Positions 1 to 10,694 of a DNA stretch of 64,000 bases are shown one piece after another; position 1 is the first letter of the stretch; every line of letters begins with the position of its first letter. Below the pieces are notes generated by a model. That model worked only from the letters and a program-made list of their open reading frames with translations, was not told where the DNA came from and made no database searches. A program made the translations under genes and the position numbers. Source of the stretch: an uncultured cyanobacterium (GTDB lineage Bacteria; Cyanobacteriota; Cyanobacteriia; Cyanobacteriales; Nostocaceae); NCBI GenBank assembly GCA_963706595.1, contig OY970166.1, forward strand, positions 4,960,001 to 5,024,000, given 5' to 3'.

Positions 1-49
1 TGACATCTTCTGGAACCTGAAACCATGAAAATTGATTTGGATCAAGCAT
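1..49 (-). CDS. 5' end of a hypothetical protein downstream of coxC2 (runs off the window)
   Basis: ATG at 49 reads MLDPNQFSWFQVPEDV..., open to the window edge. It resembles the N-terminus of a conserved protein I recall following cox2 in Nostocales. Only 16 codons are visible. Confidence 0.5.
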   Translation of the reverse strand, partial: MLDPNQFSWFQVPEDV

Positions 50-95
50 AATTCGTAATTCGTAATTCGTAATTCGTAATTCGTAATTCGTAATT
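49..95. repeat. STRR heptamer array (TAATTCG)x6 plus partial
   Basis: Direct reading; typical short tandemly repeated repetitive sequence of heterocystous cyanobacteria. Confidence 0.95.
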
Positions 96-123
96 GAGGA
101 CGGGGAGATGAAGGAGATTTTTA

Positions 124-143
124 CCCAGTCCCCAGTCCCCAGT
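124..143. repeat. STRR1-type heptamer (CCCCAGT), about 3 copies
   Basis: cccagtccccagtccccagt immediately after the coxC stop. Confidence 0.85.
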
Positions 144-146
144 ACC

Positions 147-735
147 TTAAAACAAGGTGAGAATGTACACCAATGTGAATAGCACAATCCAGATAATGTC
201 TACAAAGTGCCAATACATTTCTGCCATTTCGATACCAGTATGTTTGGTAGCAGAATAATGACCGGGACGACGCGATCGCCACACTACACCTAAAATCAAT
301 AACAGTCCCACAAATACGTGTAAACCGTGGAACGCAGTCATGATATAAAAGCAGTTGGAGAAAACGTTCGTAGTCAGGCCATAGCCTAGATTCATGTACT
401 CATAAACCTGACCAACTAAGAAAATTGCCCCCATGAGTGCGGTAACAAGATACCAAAACCGCATTCCTATGACATTATTCTTTTTAATCGCCATATCACC
501 TAAATGAATGACGAAACTACTGGATACCAGAATAACGGTGTTAATCGCGGGCAAAAATAATTCTACTCCTGTTCCTTCTGGAGGCCAAACTTCTGTAATG
601 CCTCGGAAGAACAAATAAGTGGCAAAAAAGCCCCCGAACATCAATGATTCAGAACAGAGAAACGTCAACAGTCCCCAGATGCGTAAATCTGGATGATGTT
701 CTTCGTGATGTTCCAGTCGTCGTAGCTACAGTCAT
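147..735 (-). CDS. coxC: cytochrome c oxidase subunit III (cox2 operon); 1-nt insertion near codon 8
   Basis: SESLMFGGFF, AFHGLHV and YWHFVD motifs. ATG at 735 is out of frame by one base; removing one G (C713/714 on +) gives MTVATTTEHHEEHHPDLRIWGLLTFLC... Confidence 0.93.
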
Positions 736-752
736 ATTGTTTACCCTCTAAG

Positions 753-829
753 AATTTTGGATTTTAGATTGCCGATTTTAGATTGAAAATGAAAAAATTC
801 GTTAATCCAAAATCCAAAATCTAAAATTG
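753..829. repeat. inverted heptamer arrays (GATTTTR / YAAAATC) forming a long intergenic stem-loop between coxA and coxC
   Basis: aattttggattttagatt...gattttagattg pairs with aatccaaaatccaaaatctaaaattg. Confidence 0.75.
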
Positions 830-831
830 TT

Positions 832-2499
832 TTAAGCGCTAATTTCTGCTGTACCAGATGGTTCTGTTTCACTATGGCCGTAGTCATAAGGACCATGAGT
901 CACCACAGGTAATACTTCCCAGTTTTCAATTATCGGTGGGGAACTGGTTGTCCACTCTAAACTCAAAGCTTGCCAAGGATTATCACCCGCTAATTCTCCT
1001 TTCCGCCAACTTTGAATAATGTTGATGGTGAAGGGAATTACTGATATTCCCAAAACAAATGCACCAACGGTACAAAGTAGATTCAAGTCAACAAATTGGG
1101 GGTCATACATAGCCACTCTGCGGGGCATACCTTGCAAACCTAACTTGTGCATGGGTAAGAAAGTTAAGTTTGTGCCAATGAAGGTGAGGACAAAGTGAAC
1201 CCGTCCCCAGGTTTCATTCAGCATCCGTCCGGTCATTTTGGGGAACCAGTGATAAATACCGGCATAAATGCCAAACACGGAACCACCAAATAGCACGTAG
1301 TGGAAATGTCCGACTACATAATAAGTATCGTGGACGTGAATATCAAAGGGGGCGGTTCCCATTGTTACGCCACTTAAGCCACCCATAACGAACATCGACA
1401 ATAAGCCAATGGCGAATAGCATGGCGCTGGTGAAGCGAATTTTACCACCCCAAAGGGTAGCAACCCAGGCGAAAATCTTTACGCCAGTTGGCACAGCAAC
1501 AATCAGGGTGGAGATGGTGAAGAACATCCGCATCCAACCGGGTGTCCCACTGGTAAACATGTGGTGTACCCAGACGAACAAACCGACGACGCAGATAGCT
1601 ACACTAGAGTAGGCGATCGCTTTATAACCAAAAATTGGCTTCCGGGCGTGAACTGGGACTACTTCCGACATAATGCCGAAAATGGGCAGAATCATTAAAT
1701 ATACTGCGGGGTGGGAATAGAACCAGAACAAATGTTGGTAAATTACAACGTTACCGCCTGCATCTGGTTTAAAGAAGGATGTGCCAAAGTTGAGGTCAAA
1801 TAACAACAGCACCAAACCCGCAGCTAATACAGGTGTAGAAAGTAAAGCCAGGACAGAAGTTGCTAAGATAGCCCAGCAAAATAAGGGTAATTGATCCCAT
1901 TTCATGCTAGGAACCTTCATCATCAGGATGGTGATCACAAAGTTCACCGAACCCAAAATTGAGGAAGTTCCGACTAAAACGATGGCTAGTATCCACAGGG
2001 TTTGAGCATTTGGTGCTGTCACCAAACTCAATGGTGGGTAAGCTGTCCAACCAGATTGGGAACCACCGAAGATGAAACTCGCTAAAACGAGTAATCCGGC
2101 GACTGGGTTCAACCAAAAGGCGATCGCATTCAGCTTCGGGAAGGCCATATCCCTAGCACCAAGCATCAAAGGGATGAGATAATTACCAAATCCCCCAATC
2201 GCACTGGGGACAATCCACAGGAAGATCATAATCGTCCCGTGGTTAGTCATGAAAGCGTTATACAGATTGGGGTCGAGGAAGTCTGACTCTGGCGTTGCTA
2301 ATTCCACACGCAAAGCCACCGCCATCAATCCACCGATGAGATAGAACACAAATGCTGTCACCAGGTATTGAATCCCAATTACCTTGTGGTCAACATTAAA
2401 TGTAAAATAGTCTTGCCATTTCCACGCCTGGGGATGATTTCCCCCAGTCAATTGATTTCCTTCGGGTGGCGTATTCCCTGGAAATTTTACTTGTGTCAT
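832..2499 (-). CDS. coxA: cytochrome c oxidase subunit I
   Basis: WFYSHPAVY, VWVHHMF and VVGHFHYV heme-copper ligand motifs; 555 aa. Confidence 0.98.
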   Translation of the reverse strand: MTQVKFPGNTPPEGNQLTGGNHPQAWKWQDYFTFNVDHKVIGIQYLVTAFVFYLIGGLMAVALRVELATPESDFLDPNLYNAFMTNHGTIMIFLWIVPSAIGGFGNYLIPLMLGARDMAFPKLNAIAFWLNPVAGLLVLASFIFGGSQSGWTAYPPLSLVTAPNAQTLWILAIVLVGTSSILGSVNFVITILMMKVPSMKWDQLPLFCWAILATSVLALLSTPVLAAGLVLLLFDLNFGTSFFKPDAGGNVVIYQHLFWFYSHPAVYLMILPIFGIMSEVVPVHARKPIFGYKAIAYSSVAICVVGLFVWVHHMFTSGTPGWMRMFFTISTLIVAVPTGVKIFAWVATLWGGKIRFTSAMLFAIGLLSMFVMGGLSGVTMGTAPFDIHVHDTYYVVGHFHYVLFGGSVFGIYAGIYHWFPKMTGRMLNETWGRVHFVLTFIGTNLTFLPMHKLGLQGMPRRVAMYDPQFVDLNLLCTVGAFVLGISVIPFTINIIQSWRKGELAGDNPWQALSLEWTTSSPPIIENWEVLPVVTHGPYDYGHSETEPSGTAEISA

Positions 2500-2512
2500 A
2501 AGCTATTTTGGA

Positions 2513-2559
2513 TAATTCGTAATGCGTAATTCGTAATTCGTAATTCGTAATTCGTAATT
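2513..2559. repeat. STRR heptamer array (TAATTCG), about 6 copies
   Basis: Same unit as 49-95, located between coxB and coxA; inverted copy attacgaatt at about 2591. Confidence 0.9.
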
Positions 2560-2621
2560 AAATATTGAGTACAATTTCTCAATGATTGTCATTACGAATT
2601 TTCAACTACGCATTATTTTGA

Positions 2622-3593
2622 CTACTTTTGAAGTTGAGCGAGAGTGGATGCACTCATACCCAAATCATGAACATGGGGAGCGAGAAATTCTGAAGTTGAT
2701 AACTCAGCCGGATTAACTGCAACAGCTTGGTTGAGGTCTTGCTTTGCTGCAATCTGGCTTTCGGCTAACCAGCTATCAAAATCTTCTGGTGTGTGAACAA
2801 TTACTTGCGATCGCATGGAACCGTGATAACCACCGCACAATTCTGCACAAACTACAGGATATGTACCTGGTTTAGTAGCGACAAATCGCAGTTGGGTAGC
2901 AATACCGGGAAGCGCGTCTTGTTTCAACCGGAATTGTGGAACCCAAAATGAGTGAATGACATCAATGGCGGAAAGATTCAACTGCACATCCGCACCAACC
3001 GGAACGTGTAACTCGCCAGTGGTAATCCCACTATTGGGATAGTTAAATATCCAGGCGTACTGCATTCCTTGGACATCCACAACCAAGTCAGCTTGTTTAC
3101 CCTGTGAGTTGGGAGAAGCACCAATACCAATGTTTGTGGTGCTTGCAGATGCTGAACTCCCATCAAGAGTAGCTGCAAGAGCCGTTCCACCTGCATGGGA
3201 AACATGAGCCGCCGCATGGGGATGACTTCCAGGCTCAAATCCGCCCATTTGGTTGTAAACATCTACACTGTAAATACCCAAAGCGACTACAATCACTGTG
3301 GGGATTGCTGTCCAAAAGATTTCTAAGGGAACGTTACCTTCTATGGGTAGACCATCGGTATCATCACCCCGACGGCGACGGAATTTCACCAAAAATATGA
3401 GAATGGTTCCCTCTACAATCAGAAACAGTGCGATCGCAATGGTAAACATGACATTGAAAAATCCGTCTACCAAAGGCGCTTGTTGAGATGCTTGTTCTGG
3501 TAGTAGATTGTGATTTTGTCCGAGCCAAATACTAATTGCTGTGACTACAACTCCAGCAACCAGAGTCCATAGTGAAACAGGAACTTTTTGCAT
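2622..3593 (-). CDS. coxB: cytochrome c oxidase subunit II
   Basis: DVIHSFW and CAELCGGYHGSM CuA motifs; N-terminal TM helices. Confidence 0.97.
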   Translation of the reverse strand: MQKVPVSLWTLVAGVVVTAISIWLGQNHNLLPEQASQQAPLVDGFFNVMFTIAIALFLIVEGTILIFLVKFRRRRGDDTDGLPIEGNVPLEIFWTAIPTVIVVALGIYSVDVYNQMGGFEPGSHPHAAAHVSHAGGTALAATLDGSSASASTTNIGIGASPNSQGKQADLVVDVQGMQYAWIFNYPNSGITTGELHVPVGADVQLNLSAIDVIHSFWVPQFRLKQDALPGIATQLRFVATKPGTYPVVCAELCGGYHGSMRSQVIVHTPEDFDSWLAESQIAAKQDLNQAVAVNPAELSTSEFLAPHVHDLGMSASTLAQLQK

Positions 3594-3682
3594 ATATGCT
3601 ACCTGCTCTTTAAGCGGTCATTAAAGGTGTGATTTTCTGGGATCAGGAGATTGTGATTGAGTATCTAAATACCCTCGCTCTT

Positions 3683-3708
3683 GTACAGACGCGATTCATC
3701 GCGTCTCT
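3683..3708. repeat. palindromic small dispersed repeat GTACAGACGCGATTCATCGCGTCTCT
   Basis: AGACGCGAT/ATCGCGTCT inverted repeat. Confidence 0.75.
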
Positions 3709-3959
3709 CCCCACTCCCAGTTCATCGCATCCTGCACTTTTGATGTATCACCCTAGCCAAACAAGATAATTCTTGACTTTTTAGCTTGTATTTTTATGAT
3801 TTTCATCATATTCGTGGCTACTGGTTTTTACATTTTCACAGGTCAGCGTTTTTTGTCTTCACTTATTAACTTTCTATCTCACTCTGACAAAATTTGGGGG
3901 AATTTTCCAGATAATTTCATATCCTTCCCCCCAAAGCTTAAGACTATATTTAAATTCCT

Positions 3960-3973
3960 GTAACACCAACTAC
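3960..3973. promoter_or_regulatory. candidate NtcA site GTA-N8-TAC upstream of coxB2
   Basis: GTAACACCAACTAC, about 370 nt upstream of coxB. The nearest -10-like hexamer on the minus strand (TAAGCT) is 19 nt away, slightly short of the canonical spacing. Confidence 0.5.
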
Positions 3974-4224
3974 TTCTAATCCAAAAAAATTAGGTACTCC
4001 AAGATGACACTATTAGCCTTAATATTGATCAGACTAGTTTAGCCGCAAGTATGAATTTGTGAATAACTAACAATTTACGATTTACAATTCTGTTTACTGT
4101 GAACTCTTTGCTAGTTACAGTAAATATATATAATTCCCCTCTAATTACCTTGCTTTGTGCCTTCGCTCTTTATTTTCAGAGTACCCGTTGTCACCAGAAC
4201 AACTTTAAGCAAATCCCCAAAGCC

Positions 4225-4518
4225 TTAATTTTCAACTACAGTATGGCTGTAGCAATTCTTAGGACATATCCGTGAACAAGCCTCACAACCAATACAATTT
4301 TCTGGATGAGCCACAACCATTACTTTGCGCTCAATTTCATCATCTTCTTCATCCTCAACAAATTCTCCCTCTTCGTTGAGAGCTTTCAATGATAATACAT
4401 TGTGACCACATATTTTAAAGCATCTGCCACAGCCGATACATTTTTCGTAGTCAATTTCCTGGGCAAATTTAGGTGTCCAGGGATTACCTCCAAATGTCAA
4501 TCCTGTTAGTTGTGCCAT
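4225..4518 (-). CDS. fdxB: nif-specific ferredoxin III (2[4Fe-4S])
   Basis: Two CxxCxxCxxxC motifs separated by an acidic insert; position between cox2 and patB. Confidence 0.92.
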   Translation of the reverse strand: MAQLTGLTFGGNPWTPKFAQEIDYEKCIGCGRCFKICGHNVLSLKALNEEGEFVEDEEDDEIERKVMVVAHPENCIGCEACSRICPKNCYSHTVVEN

Positions 4519-4909
4519 GAATAAACGCCTACGAATTTGTTTGTACTTTAATCATCATCCTAACTCAATATTATTGTCTTGTTTTACTGTTAAACAATTA
4601 TTTCTTATCGAATTAAAATTTCATGACTTTTGCTAAATTCTTCGGTGAATTTAGCTATATCAGCTATTAGATGAAACTTATTATCAATAATTTCCAGAAT
4701 AAATTTAGCTGTAAACTATTTGTTTTATATAAATTACATCCTGTAAAATTCTAATGATCCTCTCTGGCTAACTGTTTTATGTTCCAACAACAATAAATCT
4801 GTGTGTGGACAAATATAAATCAATACCGATTATTTATGTTGTAAATTAAATTGGTGATAAAAATAATGACATTTTTTCTTTGATACAAATCAGAAATATC
4901 TCCCCAATA

Positions 4910-4923
4910 GTATTTTAAAATAC
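4910..4923. promoter_or_regulatory. candidate NtcA site in the divergent fdxB/cnfR promoter region
   Basis: Perfect palindrome GTATTTTAAAATAC (GTA-N8-TAC). The region is very AT-rich, so a chance match is possible. Confidence 0.4.
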
Positions 4924-5506
4924 AGTTTATATGTTCATTAATTACATTGAGGATTTATCAGTTTGTCATTATTAAAATAAAAATACCCAATTTTGACTTA
5001 ATTTAAGCGCCTTGATTTTTGAAATCTAAAAATTAGCTTGTTCCTTTCTTCATACATTCGTTAAAATGTATATTTAGCAACAGAAATTTCAACTATATTA
5101 AATATTAAAATTATTAATAAAGAAAATGAATTCTCCTAAGCAAATACATCTATGTTCTACAAAAACACTTTGGGTAATGCTTTAAGATTAAGAAAAACAA
5201 TTTATAATCAAACCATTAATTAAAGTCTTAAGAACAGTTTCCTAGCTCATTATGAACAAATCTCTCTAATTATTTATGAAATGTATAGTTAATAAAGACC
5301 TAATCTGATTTTGTCCTGAAAAGCCATAACTATCTTCCGATTGGATGTGTAATTAAAATATGGATGTGGGGAATTATTACAGCAAGCAGAGATTATTTTT
5401 GCTGAAAATATAAATTGGTGGCCAGTGATAAATAGCCAAGAAATATCCAGGGGAGACTTAAGCCGAACATCTCAACAATTAGAGTGGGAAGAAGCCCGAT
5501 AGCCGT

Positions 5507-7138
5507 ATGCCTTATACAATTCCTAACAACAATTGCGTTGGATGTGACAACTGCCGCCCCCAATGTCCTACAGGTGCAATCAAAATAGAAAATGATGAAT
5601 ACTGGATCGATCCTGGTCTTTGTAATAACTGTGAAGGCTATTATCCTGAACCGCAATGTGTAATAGTTTGTCCAACTAATTCGCCCATCCCTTGGCAAGC
5701 CAAAAAAGGCAGATGCAAAGTTGAGCCGAGAGATGCAGCTAGCCCAGATTTATTTGCCAATGGTCAGAATAATCCATTTGCTTCGGCGATTGTGATTTGG
5801 GAAGCTTGCAATGTATTGGCACAACGTACATCCCTGAATTGGGAAATTAATCAAGAAGGTTATTTGTCTTATGGAAGGAAAGTTAAACAAGGACGGGGTG
5901 CGATCGCCTTTCATCTCGAAGATCCATTTCCAGTGAGCGATCGCCAAGAAGCACATCCCAAAAATCCCACAACTGAGTTAGCCGCAATTGCCGCACTTGA
6001 TATTAGAGCTGCTTGTGTTCATCTCATGTTTGCTGCTTATGCTACCTCCTTAGATCAACCCTGGCAAGAGGAGTTTGCCATTGATGAACGCCAAATTGAG
6101 AAATATTTAGGCTTAGAGAAGCGTAAGGATTTAACTAAAAATGCCAAGCTAGCTTTAATTAAAAATATCGTCCAGCAAGCTTGCTCATTGATGATTTCCA
6201 TTGACTGGCCTGAACAAGGTCGCATTTCCGGCTTTTCAGTCAAAGGGAGCCGTTTGTGGCAATTAATCAATATTCAGCATCACTTTCAAGAAGATGATTT
6301 GGGGTGCAAATATTTAGTTGGATTAACCTTTAAAGTAAAAGCCGGAATCTGGGCGCAATATTTCTTAAATAAACAAGCCTGTAAAGACAGAACTGCTTTT
6401 TACCAATATGGCAGTTTACCCAAAACGCTATTAACTACTGTTATGAGTATTTGGCAGCAGCATGAAGGCGCAGTACGACTGATGCTATGGTTGCTGTTTA
6501 AAACCAAAATGGGCAAAGAACAACGCATCACTGTTCCCACATTACTACGTATTGCTTACGGTGAAGAAAAAATTACCATTGCCTCTAGACAACGGGAAGA
6601 ACGTAAGCGTTTACTACGAACTTTTGAAAGTGATTTGGAAGTTCTCAATCATCATGGAATTAAACCCGTTTTTGACCCAGTAACTTACCCGTTAGAAATT
6701 CAACCTTTGTGGGCGAAGTTAATGGGTATTCCCGAAGATCCAGAGGAAGCTTTAGAATTTTGGATTAATGACGGTGGTGGTAACACCCGCCTCACAGATT
6801 CAGGTCCCCGTGGTAAGTGGAATTTGTTGATGAATGCGCGAATTTTATCTTTTGAACTACCGCCAGAATGGGAACAACGCACTTCAGAATCGCAAAAAAA
6901 GCCCCGGCGAACTGTGAAGAGTAGAAGAAAGACTAAAGTCACCAGCGATTTACCCGGCGCACAGATTTTGGAGGCGCGAAAAAATTTGCAGCTATCCCAG
7001 AGGGAGTTGGCAAAGTTAACAGGTAAAAGCCAAAGCTGGATTCGCGACGTGGAAAATGGTCGTTTGAAAGTTAAAGTAGAAGACCAAGCACTGTTACGGA
7101 AAGTGCTAAATATTGATTCAGGGACTTCCAAGGAATAA
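5507..7138 (+). CDS. cnfR: nif transcriptional activator CnfR/PatB (N-terminal 2x4Fe-4S domain, C-terminal XRE HTH)
   Basis: MPYTIPNNNCVGCDNCRPQCPTGAI ferredoxin domain; LSQRELAKLTGKSQSWIRDVENGR HTH; synteny with fdxB-cox2. Confidence 0.95.
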   Translation: MPYTIPNNNCVGCDNCRPQCPTGAIKIENDEYWIDPGLCNNCEGYYPEPQCVIVCPTNSPIPWQAKKGRCKVEPRDAASPDLFANGQNNPFASAIVIWEACNVLAQRTSLNWEINQEGYLSYGRKVKQGRGAIAFHLEDPFPVSDRQEAHPKNPTTELAAIAALDIRAACVHLMFAAYATSLDQPWQEEFAIDERQIEKYLGLEKRKDLTKNAKLALIKNIVQQACSLMISIDWPEQGRISGFSVKGSRLWQLINIQHHFQEDDLGCKYLVGLTFKVKAGIWAQYFLNKQACKDRTAFYQYGSLPKTLLTTVMSIWQQHEGAVRLMLWLLFKTKMGKEQRITVPTLLRIAYGEEKITIASRQREERKRLLRTFESDLEVLNHHGIKPVFDPVTYPLEIQPLWAKLMGIPEDPEEALEFWINDGGGNTRLTDSGPRGKWNLLMNARILSFELPPEWEQRTSESQKKPRRTVKSRRKTKVTSDLPGAQILEARKNLQLSQRELAKLTGKSQSWIRDVENGRLKVKVEDQALLRKVLNIDSGTSKE

Positions 7139-7339
7139 AATCCCCAATTTGTAGGGTGGGTTAGGACGATAGTCCGTAACCCACCACTATCTACCGTGTA
7201 CACACACACAAGTGTTATCTGTAAGGGTTTCAAGTCTTCTAGACCCTTTAAATTGTCATTACGAGTGCAGCGATCGCGATACGTTTTTCCTAAGCCAAAA
7301 TCCCATAAATATTGGATAATTTATTTCTTGGAAGTCCCT
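7120..7339. mobile_element. MITE-like element with 26-bp imperfect TIRs and an internal REP-like hairpin
   Basis: Left end AGGGACTTCCAAGGAATAAAATCCCC vs right-end reverse complement AGGGACTTCCAAGAAATAAATTATCC (22/26). Internal GTAGGGTGGGTTA..TAACCCACC at 7151-7185. Confidence 0.8.
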
Positions 7340-7350
7340 TAACCGATAAA

Positions 7351-7983
7351 TTAACCTGTTGTGTGTCCTATAATTTGAGGCGCATCCACCTGTAAAGTCA
7401 TTTGCTCAAAACCCACAGTTGCAAAAGGCTGATTTAAACCTATCCCAGCAACAGGACTGTCAGCAGCAACTTCTAACTGGGAACCTACCAAACCCAAACG
7501 AGCATCAAATTCAAAGTCAAATCTGAGCAAATTACTACCCAACGTACTGAAACTAGCAGCGTCTAACCCTTGTCGCCATCCTAGACTTTGCTGATCATAG
7601 TTGAGAGTACATAGCAAGACATTGCCTTGACGGACAGTAACACGTTTTTCTTCCCAGCTAAAATCAGCGAGTTCCTTGGGTAGTCCCCAAATTTCCCGAC
7701 CACCAGCCACAGAATCCGCATTATCTACATAAATGTGAGATACCCAAACACCGATTTTACCTTGATAAATCACCACCGCCGGGGCGACAATTAACTCGTT
7801 GTACTCCAGCACCGACCCTGATTTATACTGAGATAAATAGACACCACCAACAGTTTTACCAGGCCATACAGAAATAATATTTAAATCTGACGGGACAAGC
7901 AGCCTTACTCGGTCAATATTCACCAAATGCAGAGTTTGAATGGCATTACCTTTAAGAATCCAAGGGGCTGAAGGGTACGACAT
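7351..7983 (-). CDS. acetoacetate decarboxylase family protein
   Basis: YNELIV and GGREIWGLPKELA (Schiff-base Lys motif); likely start MSYPSAPW at 7983. Confidence 0.88.
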   Translation of the reverse strand: MSYPSAPWILKGNAIQTLHLVNIDRVRLLVPSDLNIISVWPGKTVGGVYLSQYKSGSVLEYNELIVAPAVVIYQGKIGVWVSHIYVDNADSVAGGREIWGLPKELADFSWEEKRVTVRQGNVLLCTLNYDQQSLGWRQGLDAASFSTLGSNLLRFDFEFDARLGLVGSQLEVAADSPVAGIGLNQPFATVGFEQMTLQVDAPQIIGHTTG

Positions 7984-8109
7984 AAAAGAATTCAGGGTAA
8001 AAAAACAGATTTCAATTTTTCCCCTCCTCGCTGGCGCTACGATGTACACACAAATTCGCCTAGAGCGAATTTTCAGCCCTAAAAACAAAGTTTAAGCAGA
8101 AATCTAATT

Positions 8110-8157
8110 CCCCTCCTCGCTTGCGGGGAGGGGTTAGGGGAGGGGTTAGGGGAGGGG
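8110..8157. repeat. dispersed repeat CCCCTCCTCGCTTGCGGGGAGGGG with G-rich tail; related copies at about 12659-12695, 33558-33596 and 48844-48925
   Basis: The hairpin core at 33560 is near-identical; here it carries a (GGGGAGGGGTTA) tandem tail. Confidence 0.8.
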
Positions 8158-8247
8158 TTTCATTTTATCTTCTCACGCCTTAAAAAAAATCCCACCCAGG
8201 CATAAGCTTGGATGGGTAAAAATATTACATGGAGATAATATTAAAAA

Positions 8248-10152
8248 CTACTTGCTCTCAGTAAAATCTGCATCAATCACATCATCACCACCACCAGGAG
8301 GAGTAGGTCCACCATCTTGAGGTGCAGCACCAGGAGCCGCCGCATCACCACCAGCTTGCTGATAGATATTGCTACCAACCGCGAACAATGCTTGTTGTAA
8401 CTCTGGTGTCAGCTTCTTGATTTGCTCGTCGTCTTCTTTGGCGACAGCTTCACGGACATCTTTCACCAAACCTTCCACCTTCGTCTTGTCAGCTTCAGGC
8501 ACTTTATCACCTAATTCTTGCAGCTGCTTCTCGGCTTGGTACGCCAAAGAATCGGCTTGGTTCTTGCGTTCAATTCTTTCCCGACGTTCTTTGTCAGAAG
8601 AAGCATTTTTTTCAGCCTCTTGCACCATGCGGTCAACATCAGATTTATCCAAAGTCGAAGCGCCAGTAATGCTGATAGACTGTTCCTTACCAGTGCCTTT
8701 GTCCTTAGCGGTAACATTAAGGATACCGTTGGCATCAATATCAAAAGTAACTTCAATTTGTGGTACACCACGTGGTGCGGGAGGAATACCATCAAGTCTG
8801 AAGGTTCCTAAACTCTTGTTATCGTTTGAGAACTCCCGTTCACCTTGAAGCACGTGAATTTCCACATTGGTTTGTCCATCCACGGCGGTAGAGAAGACTT
8901 CCGATTTCTTTGTGGGGATAGTGGTATTCCGGGGGATAATCTTAGTCATCACACCGCCCAAGGTTTCTACACCCAAAGACAGTGGGGACACATCTAATAA
9001 TAAGATGCCTGTGACATCACCCGCTAACACACCTGCTTGAATAGCCGCACCAACTGCAACTACTTCATCAGGGTTAACACTTTGGTTGGGGTCTTTACCT
9101 AAGACCTGCTTCACAATCTGCTGCACAGCAGGAATACGGGTAGAACCACCAACTAGAACAACTTCATTAATATCGGCTCTGCTTAATTTAGCATCCCGAA
9201 TCGCGTTTTCCACAGGAATGCGGCAACGGTCGATTAAATCCGAGCAGAGTTCTTCAAACTTAGCACGGGTTAGAGTTGTATCCAGGTGCTTAGGACCATC
9301 CTGGGTAGCGGTGATAAATGGCAAGTTAATTTCCGCTTGGGAAACGCTAGAAAGCTCAATCTTGGCTTTTTCTGCGGCTTCAGTCAAACGTTGTAAAGCT
9401 TGTTTATCTTGACGTAGGTCAATTCCTTCTGCTTTTCTGAATTGTTCAGCCAAGAAATCAACTATTTTTTTATCGAAGTCGTCACCACCCAGGTGAGTAT
9501 CACCAGAAGTAGCTAGTACTTCAAAGACTCCATCACCTACTTCTAGGATGGATACGTCGAAAGTACCACCACCAAGGTCAAAGACCAAAATGGTTTCGTT
9601 GCTCTTCTTATCAAAACCATAAGCTAGAGAAGCGGCGGTAGGTTCGTTGATAATCCGCAGAACTTCAATGCCCGCTATTTTACCAGCGTCTTTTGTAGCT
9701 TGTCGCTGGGAGTCATTAAAGTATGCTGGAACAGTGATTACAGCTTGGGTTACAGTTTCACCCAGATATTTGCTGGCATCTTCAACAAGCTTGCGAAGAA
9801 CTTTTGCGGAAATTTCTTCGGGAGCAAACGGTTTACCAACGATTGGACAATCGAGTTTAACGTTGCCGTTGCTACTCAGAACTTTGTAAGAAACTTCCGT
9901 AGACTCGTTACCAACTTCGTCGTAACGTCGTCCCAGAAAGCGTTTGACAGAGTAAAATGTATTTTCAGGGTTCATCACACCCTGGCGTTTGGCGATTTGA
10001 CCAACTAAGTTATCGCCATTTTTGGCAAATGCCACTACTGATGGTGTTGTCCGAAAACCTTCGGCGTTAGCAATAACGGTGGGTTTACCACCTTCCATAA
10101 CTGCTACGCAAGAGTTCGTCGTACCTAAGTCAATTCCAACAACTTTTGCCAT
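8248..10152 (-). CDS. dnaK: molecular chaperone DnaK (DnaK2-type)
   Basis: [19 protein letters not shown] and C-terminal DDVIDADF; start MAKVVG at 10152. Confidence 0.98.
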   Translation of the reverse strand: MAKVVGIDLGTTNSCVAVMEGGKPTVIANAEGFRTTPSVVAFAKNGDNLVGQIAKRQGVMNPENTFYSVKRFLGRRYDEVGNESTEVSYKVLSSNGNVKLDCPIVGKPFAPEEISAKVLRKLVEDASKYLGETVTQAVITVPAYFNDSQRQATKDAGKIAGIEVLRIINEPTAASLAYGFDKKSNETILVFDLGGGTFDVSILEVGDGVFEVLATSGDTHLGGDDFDKKIVDFLAEQFRKAEGIDLRQDKQALQRLTEAAEKAKIELSSVSQAEINLPFITATQDGPKHLDTTLTRAKFEELCSDLIDRCRIPVENAIRDAKLSRADINEVVLVGGSTRIPAVQQIVKQVLGKDPNQSVNPDEVVAVGAAIQAGVLAGDVTGILLLDVSPLSLGVETLGGVMTKIIPRNTTIPTKKSEVFSTAVDGQTNVEIHVLQGEREFSNDNKSLGTFRLDGIPPAPRGVPQIEVTFDIDANGILNVTAKDKGTGKEQSISITGASTLDKSDVDRMVQEAEKNASSDKERRERIERKNQADSLAYQAEKQLQELGDKVPEADKTKVEGLVKDVREAVAKEDDEQIKKLTPELQQALFAVGSNIYQQAGGDAAAPGAAPQDGGPTPPGGGDDVIDADFTESK

Positions 10153-10339
10153 TTTAATTATTGGCTCCGTATAACTACAAATGAATGAATGGGAATATAA
10201 GGGACTAAATCTTGAAACAATTGGTTTCAAAAGACAGTCGGTTCAGCATTAACAACCTTTAATTCGGCTTTCCTGGGGTTAAAACCTCAAGTTATCCTGA
10301 TATATATACTGAGAAGTTCAGTTATAGCCAGTCCATGAA

Positions 10340-10355
10340 GGAGGGTTTCCCGAAC
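10340..10355 (-). promoter_or_regulatory. K-box-like heat/stress element upstream of dnaK
   Basis: Minus strand GTTCGG-GAAA-CCCTCC vs cyanobacterial K-box GTTCGG-NNAN-CCNNAC (1 mismatch). Confidence 0.7.
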
Positions 10356-10694
10356 CTTGGACGGGACGGTTAATTTTAAAGGATGTATTTAGTTGGTTCA
10401 TTGAGAAATTTACTTTCACTCTGTCTAATGTATGAGAATTAATACTTTCAGCAATTAGGGTGAACCGTAATCTCAAAGTGGTGTTTGCCGTCTTTAGGTG
10501 TAATAAACACGATATTTACTCAGGAGTAATAGTCAAAAAAAGGCAGTATATAGCCAATAACACGGTTAAATCACAGTTATTCTCTACAAAATAAATTTAT
10601 TTAGTACATAAATACTACTATGATGAATGAGTAGATAATGCTCACCCATCAGAGGTAAAATCGCAAGAACGCAAATTTCAGCACTACATCAAGA

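Noticed and set aside
49..2559. (TAATTCG)n arrays as CRISPR or iterons
   Set aside because: They are 7-nt tandem units with no spacers and no cas genes; ordinary STRR
5930..5970. Possible in-frame repeat insertion at a HIP1 site in cnfR (SDRQEAHPKNP)
   Set aside because: Needs an orthologue alignment; cannot be supported from this sequence alone
5393..7233. Antisense ORFs over cnfR, and similar ORFs over coxA, dnaK, psaAB, clpB, ubiD and pstA
   Set aside because: Shadow frames of well-supported genes, with no recognisable motifs
8125..8157. TTAGGG as a telomere-like repeat
   Set aside because: Only two copies, arising from the tail of a dispersed repeat
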